From IMG/VR virus record IMGVR_UViG_3300006417_000280: a DNA stretch of 64,000 nucleotides, one strand, 5' to 3'. This DNA is from a virus. Position numbers and translations under genes: made by a program. Shown here piece after piece: positions 20,090 to 30,415 of this stretch. Every line of letters begins with the position of its first letter. The first letter of the stretch is position 1. The notes under the pieces are model-generated. The model saw only the letters and a program-made list of their open reading frames with translations, made no database searches and was not told the origin of the DNA.

Positions 20090-20161
20090 TGATAGCTTCT
20101 GGAGCCGTAGCTGAGATAGCAGTCGTAGAATTGCGTCTATGCCGTCATTCTGCGTTTCAGA

Positions 20162-20701
20162 TTACCCTTTCTGACGAATCTTGTCTTCGGCCTGGCGCAG
20201 GTCGTGGAGGAGCTTTCGGGCGTTGGCCTCGAGCTTCATGTTGCCTTCGACGGTGAGTTCCTTGGTGTCCTTGTCTTGGAGCCTGCTCGTGAACCCCGTG
20301 GCACCGGGCAGGAGGGACTTTACGAGGTGGGGGTCGATGCTCCGCACCTGGATGTCCCACACCATATCGAAGAACACGCCTGCGGCCACCTGGACGGGCT
20401 TGCCACCGTACACCACGGACTCCCGGCTCTTGTAGAGGAGGGCACCCGTGTGGGTTCGCAACTCGAAGTCGAAGTAGTAGACGGACACGGGGACGGCGGG
20501 TCGGTCGAAGTTCAACCGGAACTGGAACTGGAGCCTGGCATCCCCGAAGGTCACGCGGGGCTGGTCAATGTGCCCCCAGCCGACGATGACGATGCGAAGG
20601 TCCTTGGACTCCACCAGTCGGGAGATGGCCTCTTGCTCCACCTCGGACATGGGCACGTAGATGCTGTTGGCGTTGCCTCCGCCGAAGATGTTCTTGCCCA
20701 C
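20162..20701 (-). CDS. Hypothetical protein
   Basis: 179-aa ORF with good codon bias. Confidence 0.65.
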   Translation of the reverse strand: MGKNIFGGGNANSIYVPMSEVEQEAISRLVESKDLRIVIVGWGHIDQPRVTFGDARLQFQFRLNFDRPAVPVSVYYFDFELRTHTGALLYKSRESVVYGGKPVQVAAGVFFDMVWDIQVRSIDPHLVKSLLPGATGFTSRLQDKDTKELTVEGNMKLEANARKLLHDLRQAEDKIRQKG

Positions 20702-21330
20702 GATGCGTCCTGTGTCTTGGGGGATGGCCCCACCTTACCTACGCACCGTCCGCATCGCAGCGAAGGGCAGCGAGTTCCTCCGCGCAGGCACAGATTTGTC
20801 GTACAGACGAGCGCAAATCCCCGATGATCGTGGAGAGGATGGCTGGGGGACAGTTGCCTCGCGACATGGCAATCCAGAGGGCGTCCGTGGACCAGGCGTG
20901 GACGGCAAGGTGGCCACTAAGCGACGCAGAGAGCACCAGGTCTTTCGTCTCATCATCGCTTGGGGTCAAGGACGAGCACTGTGCGAGTAGGCGCGCTGCG
21001 CGCTTACGGAGAGCAAGTGTCTGCTCAAAGGACTCGGCCTGCTCTGCGTCATCTTCAAGGGGGCATAGCAACCTAGCGAAATCACCCTCGCTGATGCTGC
21101 AGGACTCACCAGAGAGGATGCGCAAGGCTTGACGAAGCACCGTGTGCTTGGGCAACGCCACCATTGCCAGGGAGGTGTATTCGTCTGGGGACTTCGCGGT
21201 CAATGAGTCGGAGACGTAGTCTTGCGCGGCATCACCGATACACTGCACGGCGACAAGGTCATCCTTCCCAAACCACCAAAGAGGACGTGGGAGGCAGAGC
21301 GTGGTTTGGGTAGAGGGGAGCATGCCCCCT

Positions 21331-21687
21331 CTACACGGCTCGGAGGGCAGCGATGATCTCGGCCTTGGTGTTGTCGTCCGTGACTGCCAGGCCAAGCCCT
21401 TCGGCTACGGCGAGCAGCTCAGCCTTCCTCATGCCCTGGTTCCACTCGGGAGCGGATTCCTCTGCGGGAGGCACGACCTCTACCTCTGCGGTATCGACTT
21501 CCTCCACAACGGGGATCTCGACGACAGGGATCTCGACGACAGGGATCTCGACGACGACTTCCTCGACGACAGGGGTCTCAACGACAGGGGTCTCGACCTC
21601 AACCGAGACAGTAGGATTGCCCACCCGACGCGGGGGTGGGGCCATACGACGACGGGGACGCTGGTTGAAGTGACGGGGGATGCTCAT
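21331..21687 (-). CDS. Acidic repeat protein with a C-terminal Rho-N/HeH-like helical motif
   Basis: VVEIP/VVETP repeats; MRKAELLAVAEGLGL...TKAEIIAAL. Confidence 0.65.
   Translation of the reverse strand: MSIPRHFNQRPRRRMAPPPRRVGNPTVSVEVETPVVETPVVEEVVVEIPVVEIPVVEIPVVEEVDTAEVEVVPPAEESAPEWNQGMRKAELLAVAEGLGLAVTDDNTKAEIIAALRAV
21503..21600. repeat. 15-bp tandem repeat encoding (PVVE[IT])n
   Basis: Repeated GGGATCTCGACGACA-like units. Confidence 0.8.
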
Positions 21688-22019
21688 GGTTGCACTCCTG
21701 GATCAGTGGGTGAATCTGTGTCTGCTGGGGGCTTGCCTAATCTCTTACCCATGTTCAACACCCCGATCTCGGCGAGTCGAACATAGATGTCCAAGCCACT
21801 CTGGCCCAAAATGAACCCGACTCCAATTACGCCCGTGGTGAGCACGATGGAGAGAAGCAGGCTCCAGGGCCCGGCTCCGATCTGCGTAAGGTCGGACTTC
21901 CACTGCACGAAAGCCACGACCAGTATGGCTTTCCAGGACATCTCTGATAGAGCCCAGGCAATGAACTTCTTTGATTCCGCGGGCTTCTTTTCGTAGCGAC
22001 CTGGTTGGATTGTACTCAT
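21684..22019 (-). CDS. Two-TM membrane protein (holin-like)
   Basis: ESKKFIA followed by two hydrophobic segments. Confidence 0.5.
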   Translation of the reverse strand: MSTIQPGRYEKKPAESKKFIAWALSEMSWKAILVVAFVQWKSDLTQIGAGPWSLLLSIVLTTGVIGVGFILGQSGLDIYVRLAEIGVLNMGKRLGKPPADTDSPTDPGVQP

Positions 22020-22431
22020 GCCCCCCTCCCATAGCCTTTGCCACCCCGGCGCCCGCTTGTGCGAACAGGGATGGACGTGACTTCCTTGCGCTGAATCTGG
22101 TCCGCGAACTTCTGATCATCGCGGATGAGGGAGGACACCCGTGGGTTGTCCTCAAGGAGAAGCGTGAGCCGCGCTTGTGCTCCCGCACTCAGCGTGGGAA
22201 ACACGAGCTGGAAGTCATGGCGGGCCCGTCGCGAAGTCTGGAGCGCGTAGATGATGTCCGTGGCAGGGAGGACGGCGGGGTTCGTGGGGTCCGGATGTGT
22301 GACGGTGCGTCCACCACAATCGTCCGTGAGGGATTCCACCGTGCTTTCGACGCCCTCAAGGGCGTTTTTGTTGCCGAATACCCAGTAGTTTGACACGAAC
22401 ACCACCTACCGAGGTGGGCTGCATAGGGCGA

Positions 22432-22992
22432 TTATTGCTGCTGTTTCGAGGGGGTGTCTCTTTTAGGGATTCCGTTGTATTCCATCGCGGTGACTCGCAC
22501 CTCGTCCACGCCATTTGCTTGCTTCCTGTACGCCTGCAGGTACTCATGGATGGCCGTGCGGCGCCGTCCGAAATGCGAAATGTCAACCCCAAGCTCTGCG
22601 GCTTCAGCGCGAAGCTCGTCCAAGTAAGGGAGGGATGATTGGTTTGTCACTTGTACAGACGGGGCATCGCGGCGAGGGCGCGTAGGGGAGGCCACGTCCC
22701 CCTCTGGTGCATAGGCGACTCGCAGCACCACGGTCCCGTCATAACGCACCATGATGGTTGCATCGCCACGCTTCTTCAGCTCTTGCATGATCGATCTGGC
22801 GACGATGTTGGCCAGAGGGCTCTGGCGAAGATGCTCGTTCGTGTGGGAGATCATTTCAACGGACCTCTGCACCATCTCCCCAATCGTGCGCGGCTCAGGA
22901 CGGCCAAAATCCTGCGCCACTGGGATATTTAGGATCTCCTCCGCCAGCGTGGGCGAAAGAGGACTCTCGTATGGCTTCGGGTTCTTGCTCAT
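22432..22992 (-). CDS. Hypothetical protein
   Basis: ORF ending in a helical LDELRAEAAELGVDIS motif. Confidence 0.55.
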   Translation of the reverse strand: MSKNPKPYESPLSPTLAEEILNIPVAQDFGRPEPRTIGEMVQRSVEMISHTNEHLRQSPLANIVARSIMQELKKRGDATIMVRYDGTVVLRVAYAPEGDVASPTRPRRDAPSVQVTNQSSLPYLDELRAEAAELGVDISHFGRRRTAIHEYLQAYRKQANGVDEVRVTAMEYNGIPKRDTPSKQQQ

Positions 22993-23107
22993 TGTCCACG
23001 CCTCAACCATATAGTAAGCCGTTTGGAGGTGGTGTGCATAGACAGATGCCTTTTATTTGAGCGCCGTTCCTTTCAAAGCACCTAAAAGGATGGCTAAGGC
23101 TAATATA

Positions 23108-23845
23108 CTACCCGTCTACAAGTAATTCCGACCAATCAGAAAGGATTGCAAACCCATCCTTCCTCCACACGACAGTCCCTCGTGCGATAATGACATCATG
23201 CTGCCGCGCTTGGATTTGGTCTACTATCACAGTATTGGCGGTATCCACACGCCCCCTCCAACCCTCATCCGTATCGAATTCAACCCGAAACACTTTAACC
23301 CCCCGTAGATCCGCGCAGTGACGGGCAAATGTCACCGTGCCGCGGACATCCACCCTGGTCCCCACAAGCGGAGCTACGGCTTCGCGTCGCTTCTTCTGCT
23401 CCACGAGGCGCGTGAGAGCGGTTACCTGGTTTTCCGTGACCCGAGCTTCCTCGATTGCGGCCACGATGGATCGCTTGAACTCGTTGTCGAGCATGTCATC
23501 CACGAAGTCCCATAGCTCCGCGTGATCCTTCTTCCATGTCTCCGCCGCAAGCCTTCGCTCTGACTCCTGCTTCGGGGCCTGCTTCTTCCGTTTCTCCCCT
23601 AGCGTCCGCACCTTGACGATGTTGTCCCGCACCCACTCCAGTGCGAGGGCTACACGGACGTGGGAGGCCTTGCCCCCCGTCCCCTTGCACCGAAAGCAGG
23701 CACCCGGAAGTACGATCCCTGATCCGCCGCATCGGGCGCAAGGTCGGCCTGCGATGGAATCGACGTGGTGCCGCACCCATTCCACGGGGAGCCCCGTGGA
23801 ATGGGCGGTCTCGGCACACAGGTTATCGATCTCGGAAAGCAGCAC
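23108..23845 (-). CDS. Hypothetical protein with DnaJ-type Zn finger and possible C-terminal OB fold
   Basis: CARCGGSG...CFRCKGTG; beta-rich C-terminus. Confidence 0.6.
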   Translation of the reverse strand: MLLSEIDNLCAETAHSTGLPVEWVRHHVDSIAGRPCARCGGSGIVLPGACFRCKGTGGKASHVRVALALEWVRDNIVKVRTLGEKRKKQAPKQESERRLAAETWKKDHAELWDFVDDMLDNEFKRSIVAAIEEARVTENQVTALTRLVEQKKRREAVAPLVGTRVDVRGTVTFARHCADLRGVKVFRVEFDTDEGWRGRVDTANTVIVDQIQARQHDVIIARGTVVWRKDGFAILSDWSELLVDG

Positions 23846-23854
23846 CCAGCGATG

Positions 23855-24664
23855 CTACCCGCGCCATCCCGCAGGAGCAGGGGCATAGCCCGGTGCCGAT
23901 GCAGGGAAGGCGTTGGGGACAGTGGGCGGGGCCGGGGCGTCGACGGGCACGCCCCATTCGCAGAGCTTGGCCGTGGTGCCGTACCTCATCGTGAGGACGA
24001 GGGCGGGTGACGTGCTGGCCCGCTGGAACGTGGTCGTGGTCGTGTGGAAGGTGTCGGCCCGACCGTAGGCCGTGCCCACGTCGATTGCTGCCCCTGCGGC
24101 TCCAACGGGGTTGACGGCATGGGAGCTGTTGACGCTGCATTCCGGCGTGAAGCCCCGCGTGACGCCGGAATGCAGCGTGTCCGGACTCGTGTTGGGGGCG
24201 GCGGTGCCGTAGTAGGGTCCACCGGGAGTGAAGGGGGGGCGAGGCCACTGGTGATGATGGTGGTGCACTTCCTTCACGACAGGCCAGGTGAGGGGGGCAG
24301 GCTTCTCGTCGAAGACGGCCACGCCGATGACGCCCGTGTTCTTGACCCCTCGACCCGTCTGCGCTGCGTAGGACGCGCTCGACGCGGAGAAGGTGAACCG
24401 GGCGCACTCGGTGGAGTTGCGAAGGAAGCCCTTGAGAGTCACGCTCTGCCAGGGGGACAGCACGAAGCCGGACCCGTCATGGCTCGCGTCAGCCCCATCG
24501 GTGACGTTGATGCCGTCCACCGACACGACCGCAATGCGGCGGGCGGGGCACGAGTTCGTGAGGCGGATCTCATACTCGCCCGACTCGGGGGTCTCCGCGT
24601 AGAGGGAGCCGTTGTGCTGGATGGTACGGAGCACGCGGCCGTTCTGGATGATCTCGAGGTTCAT
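23855..24664 (-). CDS. Conserved hypothetical protein
   Basis: YEIRLTN...VVSVDGINV...GVIGVAVFDE motifs; GGCAAAGTC-ATG start. Confidence 0.7.
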   Translation of the reverse strand: MNLEIIQNGRVLRTIQHNGSLYAETPESGEYEIRLTNSCPARRIAVVSVDGINVTDGADASHDGSGFVLSPWQSVTLKGFLRNSTECARFTFSASSASYAAQTGRGVKNTGVIGVAVFDEKPAPLTWPVVKEVHHHHHQWPRPPFTPGGPYYGTAAPNTSPDTLHSGVTRGFTPECSVNSSHAVNPVGAAGAAIDVGTAYGRADTFHTTTTTFQRASTSPALVLTMRYGTTAKLCEWGVPVDAPAPPTVPNAFPASAPGYAPAPAGWRG

Positions 24665-24720
24665 GACTTTGCCTTGGGAGGAGGGTTGGGGGTGCCGACG
24701 GCGTATCGATCTTCGGTGCA

Positions 24721-24969
24721 TCACCCTTGTGCCGGCGGGGGGGTGATGCAAACCAGGACCGGGAAGTCGGGCGACTCCCCAGGAATGCGCTCGTGAACAG
24801 GGAACGGGGACACACCCGCACGGGGGCGGATGTCGAGCCGACCTTCCCGGAGTGCCACGAGCATCTCTGCAATTAGGCGCGTGCGGTCCCAGCCGTAGGA
24901 TGCGGCGTAGGATGTGATCCACTCGAGGAGGTCGGGCTCAACCCGAATCGCGACGATTTGCTTTGCCAT
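24721..24969 (-). CDS. Ribbon-helix-helix (CopG-like) DNA-binding protein
   Basis: KQIVAIRV beta strand followed by helix-G-helix (YGWDRTRLI). Confidence 0.6.
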   Translation of the reverse strand: MAKQIVAIRVEPDLLEWITSYAASYGWDRTRLIAEMLVALREGRLDIRPRAGVSPFPVHERIPGESPDFPVLVCITPPPAQG

Positions 24970-24976
24970 ACTCGGG

Positions 24977-25005
24977 AGCGTATACGACCGTATTACGGTT
25001 GTCAA
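24977..25005 (-). promoter_or_regulatory. Sigma70-type promoter with a palindromic operator in the spacer
   Basis: TTGACA-N17-TACGCT; ACCGTA-A-TACGGT palindrome. Confidence 0.6.
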
Positions 25006-25074
25006 TCCGGGTTCGAGAAGTTTCCGGGTTCAGGGTGGCCCCGGTGGCGGGTAGGTGGCCGTGAAGGAGTTCCC

Positions 25075-25701
25075 ATGCCCGACGACAACGTGTTCCAGAA
25101 CCTCGCCCCTGCCCTCGCGAGCTACGACGGCCCCGACAAGGGGATCGGGAACGCCGTAGACATCATGCAGCGAGCCGCCCCCGCCAACATCCCCGACGTG
25201 GGACGTGCACGCGAGGCGTTGGCCGCCTGGGGCATCCCGTTCGAGGCTAGTGGGCCGCCCATCGGCCAGATGTTCAGCAGCACACCCACCCTCAAGGCGT
25301 CCCTGCCGGACGACTGGATCATCGATGACCAGGGGGGCGGCCACAAGGCCTTGATGGATGCCGCTGGGGCCGAGCGCATCCGATGGCACATCCACGGCTG
25401 GGATCTGGTGGCCCTGGACGTGTGCCGCCGCTTCTACACTCGGGTCGTCAACGTGTCGGCCACGAGCGGCGTCTACCAGGTACTCGATGGCAGCGTTGTC
25501 ATCCACGTCGTTCCCATCACCTACCCGCACGCCCGTCTCCGTGACGGGGCCTACTTCTACAACGGGGACGACTGGACGAAGGAGATGCACCACGCCAACT
25601 ACGAAGCCCGTGAGGCCGCCGCGACGGTGGCCCGCGATTGGCTCGCGGCCAACCGGCCTGGCTACGCGAGCACCACCATCATCCAGTCCTGGCTCTTGTG
25701 A
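25075..25701 (+). CDS. Hypothetical protein
   Basis: AAGGAG RBS; class-1 promoter upstream. Confidence 0.7.
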   Translation: MPDDNVFQNLAPALASYDGPDKGIGNAVDIMQRAAPANIPDVGRAREALAAWGIPFEASGPPIGQMFSSTPTLKASLPDDWIIDDQGGGHKALMDAAGAERIRWHIHGWDLVALDVCRRFYTRVVNVSATSGVYQVLDGSVVIHVVPITYPHARLRDGAYFYNGDDWTKEMHHANYEAREAAATVARDWLAANRPGYASTTIIQSWLL

Positions 25702-25903
25702 TGGAATACACCCGCTGGATGGCCGAGAAGGAAGCTACGGGCTGGGTGCCCTACCACATCGGCACGACGCCCGGTGGGGGCAGGTGCGGTAAGAGCCCGC
25801 GCGTCCAACTCGTCCGGCCCGGCGTGTACCGATGTCCTTCCTGCGGGAAGGAGTTCCCCACGGCTACGGCCGAACTCGCAGCCCTGTCCAAGTAGGAGAG
25901 TCC

Positions 25904-26395
25904 ATGCCTCGCATCATCACGGTCATCTTGCAGTACGGCGACCCACCCAAAGTGGTCGGGGTGGCCGAGACGATGGATGGAGCACGGGAATGGCTTCAGG
26001 CGCGGATTGATCGGCACAACCAGCTTCGGGATGTGTGCATGGTGGCCAATCACAAGGTGGCCGCTTGGATGAAGGAGAACCCCAACCCCTTCACCGAACC
26101 CCCGCCAGACTTCGGGGCTGTGTCGTGGCCCGCGCATCTGAATGTGCGTGACCCCTACGCTCTTGCAGAGGCGAAGCGGATCCGTGCCAAAGCGAATGAG
26201 TTGCTCGACGCCTGGTGCGACCGCAAAGAGGCAGCCGACCGGGCTTACATGGCCCGTCACGATGAAGTGTTCAAGGCCGCCGCTGCGTGCGTGAACCCCA
26301 CCGAAGAAGAGCTGGGGGACATGCTGGCGGGCATGTACAAGAACATCCTCCACAAGCAGAACTTCGAGTTCCAGGAATGGGGAATTGTCGACTGA
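25904..26395 (+). CDS. Hypothetical protein, tandem paralog A
   Basis: Shares GA.EW, RHN, ENP, WP, VFKAA, EW..VD with the next gene. Confidence 0.7.
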   Translation: MPRIITVILQYGDPPKVVGVAETMDGAREWLQARIDRHNQLRDVCMVANHKVAAWMKENPNPFTEPPPDFGAVSWPAHLNVRDPYALAEAKRIRAKANELLDAWCDRKEAADRAYMARHDEVFKAAAACVNPTEEELGDMLAGMYKNILHKQNFEFQEWGIVD

Positions 26396-26423
26396 ACCCC
26401 AACCCACATCAAGAGAGCAACCC

Positions 26424-26915
26424 ATGCCGCAGTCCATCTACGTCATCTTCCAGAACGAGGTCATCGAGGACCACTACCACGCCGCCGTGCAGGAGGCGCT
26501 CACGCCTGAAGGCGCGCAGGAGTGGGTTCGTGCCACCGTGGAGCGGCACAACCTGCTGCTCGCCGCAAAGGCCATCGGCGACGGGGCCGTGAGGGCTTGG
26601 TCGCAGGAGAACCCGGCACCCGTTGAGGAGCCCTGTCCGATCCTGACGAAGTGGCCCGTGGGCATCACCAAGAAGGATCCGCGCTACGCGGAGTTTCGTG
26701 CCCTTCGTGACCAGGAGGAGGCGCTTGGCCGCGCCTGGTCTGACCGACGAGTCGCGGCATGGGCCGACCAACGGGAGCGCAAGCTCGCGGTGTTCAAGGC
26801 CGCCGTCGCGCACCTGGGTCCATTCACCGAGACGGAGTACTCGACGATGTCGAGCTTCATGATGCCCATGGGCGACAACTCCTTCTTCATTCGGGAATGG
26901 AAAACCGTCGATTGA
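26424..26915 (+). CDS. Hypothetical protein, tandem paralog B
   Basis: Same length (492 nt) and motifs as 25904-26395. Confidence 0.7.
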   Translation: MPQSIYVIFQNEVIEDHYHAAVQEALTPEGAQEWVRATVERHNLLLAAKAIGDGAVRAWSQENPAPVEEPCPILTKWPVGITKKDPRYAEFRALRDQEEALGRAWSDRRVAAWADQRERKLAVFKAAVAHLGPFTETEYSTMSSFMMPMGDNSFFIREWKTVD

Positions 26916-27773
26916 GGTTCAGGTGGTAGCCTGTCCATCGTAGGGCATCCATCAAGGAGGCCAACCATGGCTCGTTTCTCTACCGAATCCTGCTTCGTTG
27001 TCATCGAGGCGGGCCGTGTCGCCGACAACATCCCGTACGAAGTCTTCTATGTCGGTGAGTCCGACGAGGAGGTGGCGCAGGCCCGTGCCGAAGCCGAAGC
27101 GGCGGCCGTCCCGGCCGAGGGCTTCGGCGTCCGGGTCACCTACCGGGTGGTCTCCCTGGCCATGTTCTTCTCCCTGTGCTCCACCCCCATCATTATCGGA
27201 GAGCCCCAATGAGCCGCTTCCCCATGACCCTCGCGGCCATCCGCGCCTACGACCTGTGGGACGCCCAAGCGGGGGCCGCCCTCGATGCTCTCGGTGAAGA
27301 TCTCACCGACGACGACGTGTACGAGTGGGGGGCCGAGCAGGAACGACAGGGCCAGGTCGTCGGCCACGCCTTCTGGCTCGACACGAAGGACTTCAACGCG
27401 CGGGACACCTGCGAGTCCTGCGTGCGACCCGGTGAGTGGCTTCGCAGCCTCGTGATGGGGGGCTCCGATGGGGCGCAAGCGGCCTGAGCCCGTGCTCTAT
27501 GAGGACGGGGACATCTCCGACAAGTGGCGCGTAGCCTTCCCGGAGTGCCTCAGCATCGACGGATGGATCCCGCGCACCGACTACTGGATGGTCGGCATCA
27601 CCTTGCGGCCCGGTGTGGATCCGGCGACCTTGCGTCGTGAAGTCTGCGATGCCCTCCACCATCCGGGTGGCACTCGGCTTGACGGAACCATCGTGGAGCC
27701 CATCACCTGGGAACCTCACGAGATTCGCCTCGTGGCTTCGGTGCGTTAATCTAGCTATCGCCTTGATAGAGGC

Positions 27774-28286
27774 ATGAGCACCAACCTTCGCACGCAGGCC
27801 ATTCGACTCGCCGCTTCTCTCCCCCCGGAGTCCGAGGCACGGCGCCACCTTCTCGCGGCGTTGAGCGACCGTGTGGGGGGCTCCTACCCGCCTCGGATTG
27901 AGGCCCTGATGGCCGAACTGCGCCGCATTCCTGGCGTCGGGAAAGTGAATGTCACGGACACCTGGCCCCCCGACCACTGGTACAACATTCTTGTAGAGCT
28001 GGAGCCCAAGTCGTCCGTCGATGGGCATCGACAATACGGGAAGACGTTCGAGATCAACACACACAAGAATTACCGCTCGGTCACCGTGTACAACATCCCT
28101 GACATGAAGCGCACCTTGCACGCGATTCGCAAAGCAGTAGCGCAGTCCGAACTCACACTAGAAAGCCCCATCGTGGGGCCATCCAAGGTCTACGAGTACC
28201 AGGATGAATGGGATAGGCGTCAACGGACCCCTCGGGCGGGCGGGTACGAGCACAACGACGTCTTCATCGAGCTGTACGACAACTAG
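27774..28286 (+). CDS. Probable late/virion-associated protein with N-terminal LRxQxIRLA motif
   Basis: MSTNLRTQAIRLAASLP...RRHLLAAL; class-2 promoter motif. Confidence 0.65.
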   Translation: MSTNLRTQAIRLAASLPPESEARRHLLAALSDRVGGSYPPRIEALMAELRRIPGVGKVNVTDTWPPDHWYNILVELEPKSSVDGHRQYGKTFEINTHKNYRSVTVYNIPDMKRTLHAIRKAVAQSELTLESPIVGPSKVYEYQDEWDRRQRTPRAGGYEHNDVFIELYDN

Positions 28287-28322
28287 AATGTTCAGGTTAG
28301 TGGGCTTCCGCGTAGAAGGACT

Positions 28323-28787
28323 ATGACCTCCATCTACACCGACCTTGAACTCCGCCTCCTCGAAGCCTCCAAAGCCGCCTACGGCTCGGACGAGCACCGC
28401 GCCCTGATGCTGGTGCTTGCCGAGTGCGTTGGGCTAATCCCCGGGGAACACGACCTGCAAGCCGTGCGGGTTGCACGCGACTTCGACCTTGCTGGCGCTG
28501 GCCCGGCGTTCGACGCCACCTTCGAAAAGCAGCGGGTCGTGGACTACGACGCCGACAAGGCGACATACCTCGTCATGAACGTGGCCCTGGACATGATGCA
28601 GACCATGATGAACCCACTTGGCGTGCTCAATGCCCTCAGCTCACTTCGAGTCGCCTACATCAAGGTGATGAACATCGGCTCCACCGTGTCCCCGGGGTCG
28701 AAGTCCGCGTTCCATCGGGACAGCGCGCTGATGCGCGACTTCGACGAGAAGGCAATGGCCATCCTGGATCGCCACATTCCGGTGTAG
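28323..28787 (+). CDS. Hypothetical protein
   Basis: Class-1 promoter and AAGGA RBS. Confidence 0.65.
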   Translation: MTSIYTDLELRLLEASKAAYGSDEHRALMLVLAECVGLIPGEHDLQAVRVARDFDLAGAGPAFDATFEKQRVVDYDADKATYLVMNVALDMMQTMMNPLGVLNALSSLRVAYIKVMNIGSTVSPGSKSAFHRDSALMRDFDEKAMAILDRHIPV

Positions 28788-29126
28788 AATGCAGGTTCAG
28801 GTTGGTAGGCTTCTGCGTAGTAGTCTCCTACACCAAGGAAGACCGTCATGAAGAAGCGCACCGTCCAGAAAGCGGCCCGCATCCACTCGGACCTCCTCCA
28901 GGACGAGCGCCACCTCACCAATGTCTACTACGGCATCGGTCGGGACAGGTCGCTTCGTGAGGCGCTCACGATCGCCTCCGAGATGGCAGGCGTGCCCGTC
29001 AAGTCCAAGGATGGGATCTTCTCCTTCCTGGAAGACCTCCGTCGCAGGGTGGAGGAAGCCGAGGCCGTCTACGAGGCCGAATGGGCTGCGGCGAAGGCGC
29101 TAGACGGCTGATAGCGACGGGTGGGC

Positions 29127-30077
29127 ATGCCCGCATCCCCCCGCCGCATTGCGTTCATCCACCTCGCTCAAGCTGTCCGTTGGGACAAGGCAGAAGCGGA
29201 CCTCCGTAAGCTGTCCAGCGTGTTTGCCAGCAACAAGGGCGACGCTCCGTCCCTGCGTCGGGTGATCACCACGATCCACAAGGCGAACGGGTTAGGCGTA
29301 TGGGCGTGGGCTACCCTGCCACCGGACTACTACGCGGCCCTGCTCACCGCTTGGCGACCAATCACGGCGCTCGCCCGCAACCGTGAGGCAGAGGTCGATG
29401 CGATGCGCGCGGCTGTAGACACGTTCCAGGCGGGGCTGCAAGATATTCTCGACAGCCTGGCACCTGCGCACTTCACGCACGCGGGGTTCAAGATCGACAA
29501 CCCGGAGCACATGCCCCGGGAAATGTGTAGGGCCGCCCTGGACGGGCTGGACTACCTCAAGACGATGTTCAAGAAGCGCGGGGTCGATGCCGTGCTCGAG
29601 CAGGGGGTTCATCGAGTCATCCTCGTCCCGACGAGTGAAGGTGCATCGGCCTACTTCGACAGCCGGTCACTGGAACTGACCGTCGCCGTGAACAACCTGG
29701 CACGGCCAGGTCGGTTTAGCGACACGTTCGCAGGCGAGACGCTCATCCACGAGTTCGGGCACTACGTCCACCTCAACTACATCACGGGTGAGGCCAAGAG
29801 GGCGTGGGATGCCCCGTGGGAAGGCATCTCAGACCAGAGCGACCCGAACACCGTGGAGCGATGGGACAGCCCCGCACGCGAGAAGAAGCTGGCCCCGCTC
29901 GACATCCCCACGGACTACGGCAAGCGCAACACCCGAGAGGACTTCGCAGAGACATTCATGCTGTTCATCATCGCCCCGAACAAGCTCTCCCCCATGGCCA
30001 CGTACCGGATGAAGCAGGCGTTGTCCCTCTCTGGCCTCTATGGGAAACCAATTATGCGAATTGCTCGTTCAGCCTGA
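29127..30077 (+). CDS. Zincin-like metallopeptidase (lethal-factor-like domain)
   Basis: HEFGH and YGKRNTREDFAETF motifs. Confidence 0.75.
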   Translation: MPASPRRIAFIHLAQAVRWDKAEADLRKLSSVFASNKGDAPSLRRVITTIHKANGLGVWAWATLPPDYYAALLTAWRPITALARNREAEVDAMRAAVDTFQAGLQDILDSLAPAHFTHAGFKIDNPEHMPREMCRAALDGLDYLKTMFKKRGVDAVLEQGVHRVILVPTSEGASAYFDSRSLELTVAVNNLARPGRFSDTFAGETLIHEFGHYVHLNYITGEAKRAWDAPWEGISDQSDPNTVERWDSPAREKKLAPLDIPTDYGKRNTREDFAETFMLFIIAPNKLSPMATYRMKQALSLSGLYGKPIMRIARSA

Positions 30078-30259
30078 TCAACTATTTGCGTAGAGGGGCT
30101 GGACACCCTGGAACGCACATGGTAAAAGGAGTTTATCATGCTGTGCACCACGCGATTTACCGAGCCCCGCTAAGCCCTCAAGGGTCGCGGTGTGGCACGT
30201 TCGCTGCATAGCAGGACATGAGAGGGTCGTTAGTGGGGCGTCGTTACATCCCCATGTAT

Positions 30260-30335
30260 GGCCTCATAGCACAACTGGTTACGTGCGCCGGACTGAACCC
30301 CCGGAGATCCAGCTCGACACCTGGTGAGGCCACCA
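30260..30335 (+). tRNA. tRNA-Phe(GAA), atypical
   Basis: GGCCTCA/TGAGGCC+A+CCA; loop CTGAACC; aberrant T arm CCAG-CTCGACAC-CTGG. Confidence 0.65.
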
Positions 30336-30339
30336 TCCT

Positions 30340-30415
30340 GGGTCGGTAGCGGAGTAGGTCCTTGCGCTGCTTTGAAACAGCAGAGACGCCCGTTCAAATC
30401 GGGCCCGGCCCACCA
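30340..30415 (+). tRNA. tRNA-Phe(GAA)
   Basis: GGGTCGG/CCGGCCC+A+CCA; arm CTGCT-TTGAAAC-AGCAG; T-loop TTCAAAT. Confidence 0.85.

Noticed and set aside
30095..30255. tmRNA (starts GGGGCTG)
   Set aside because: Too short, with no matching 3' acceptor/T-arm half or tag ORF identified.
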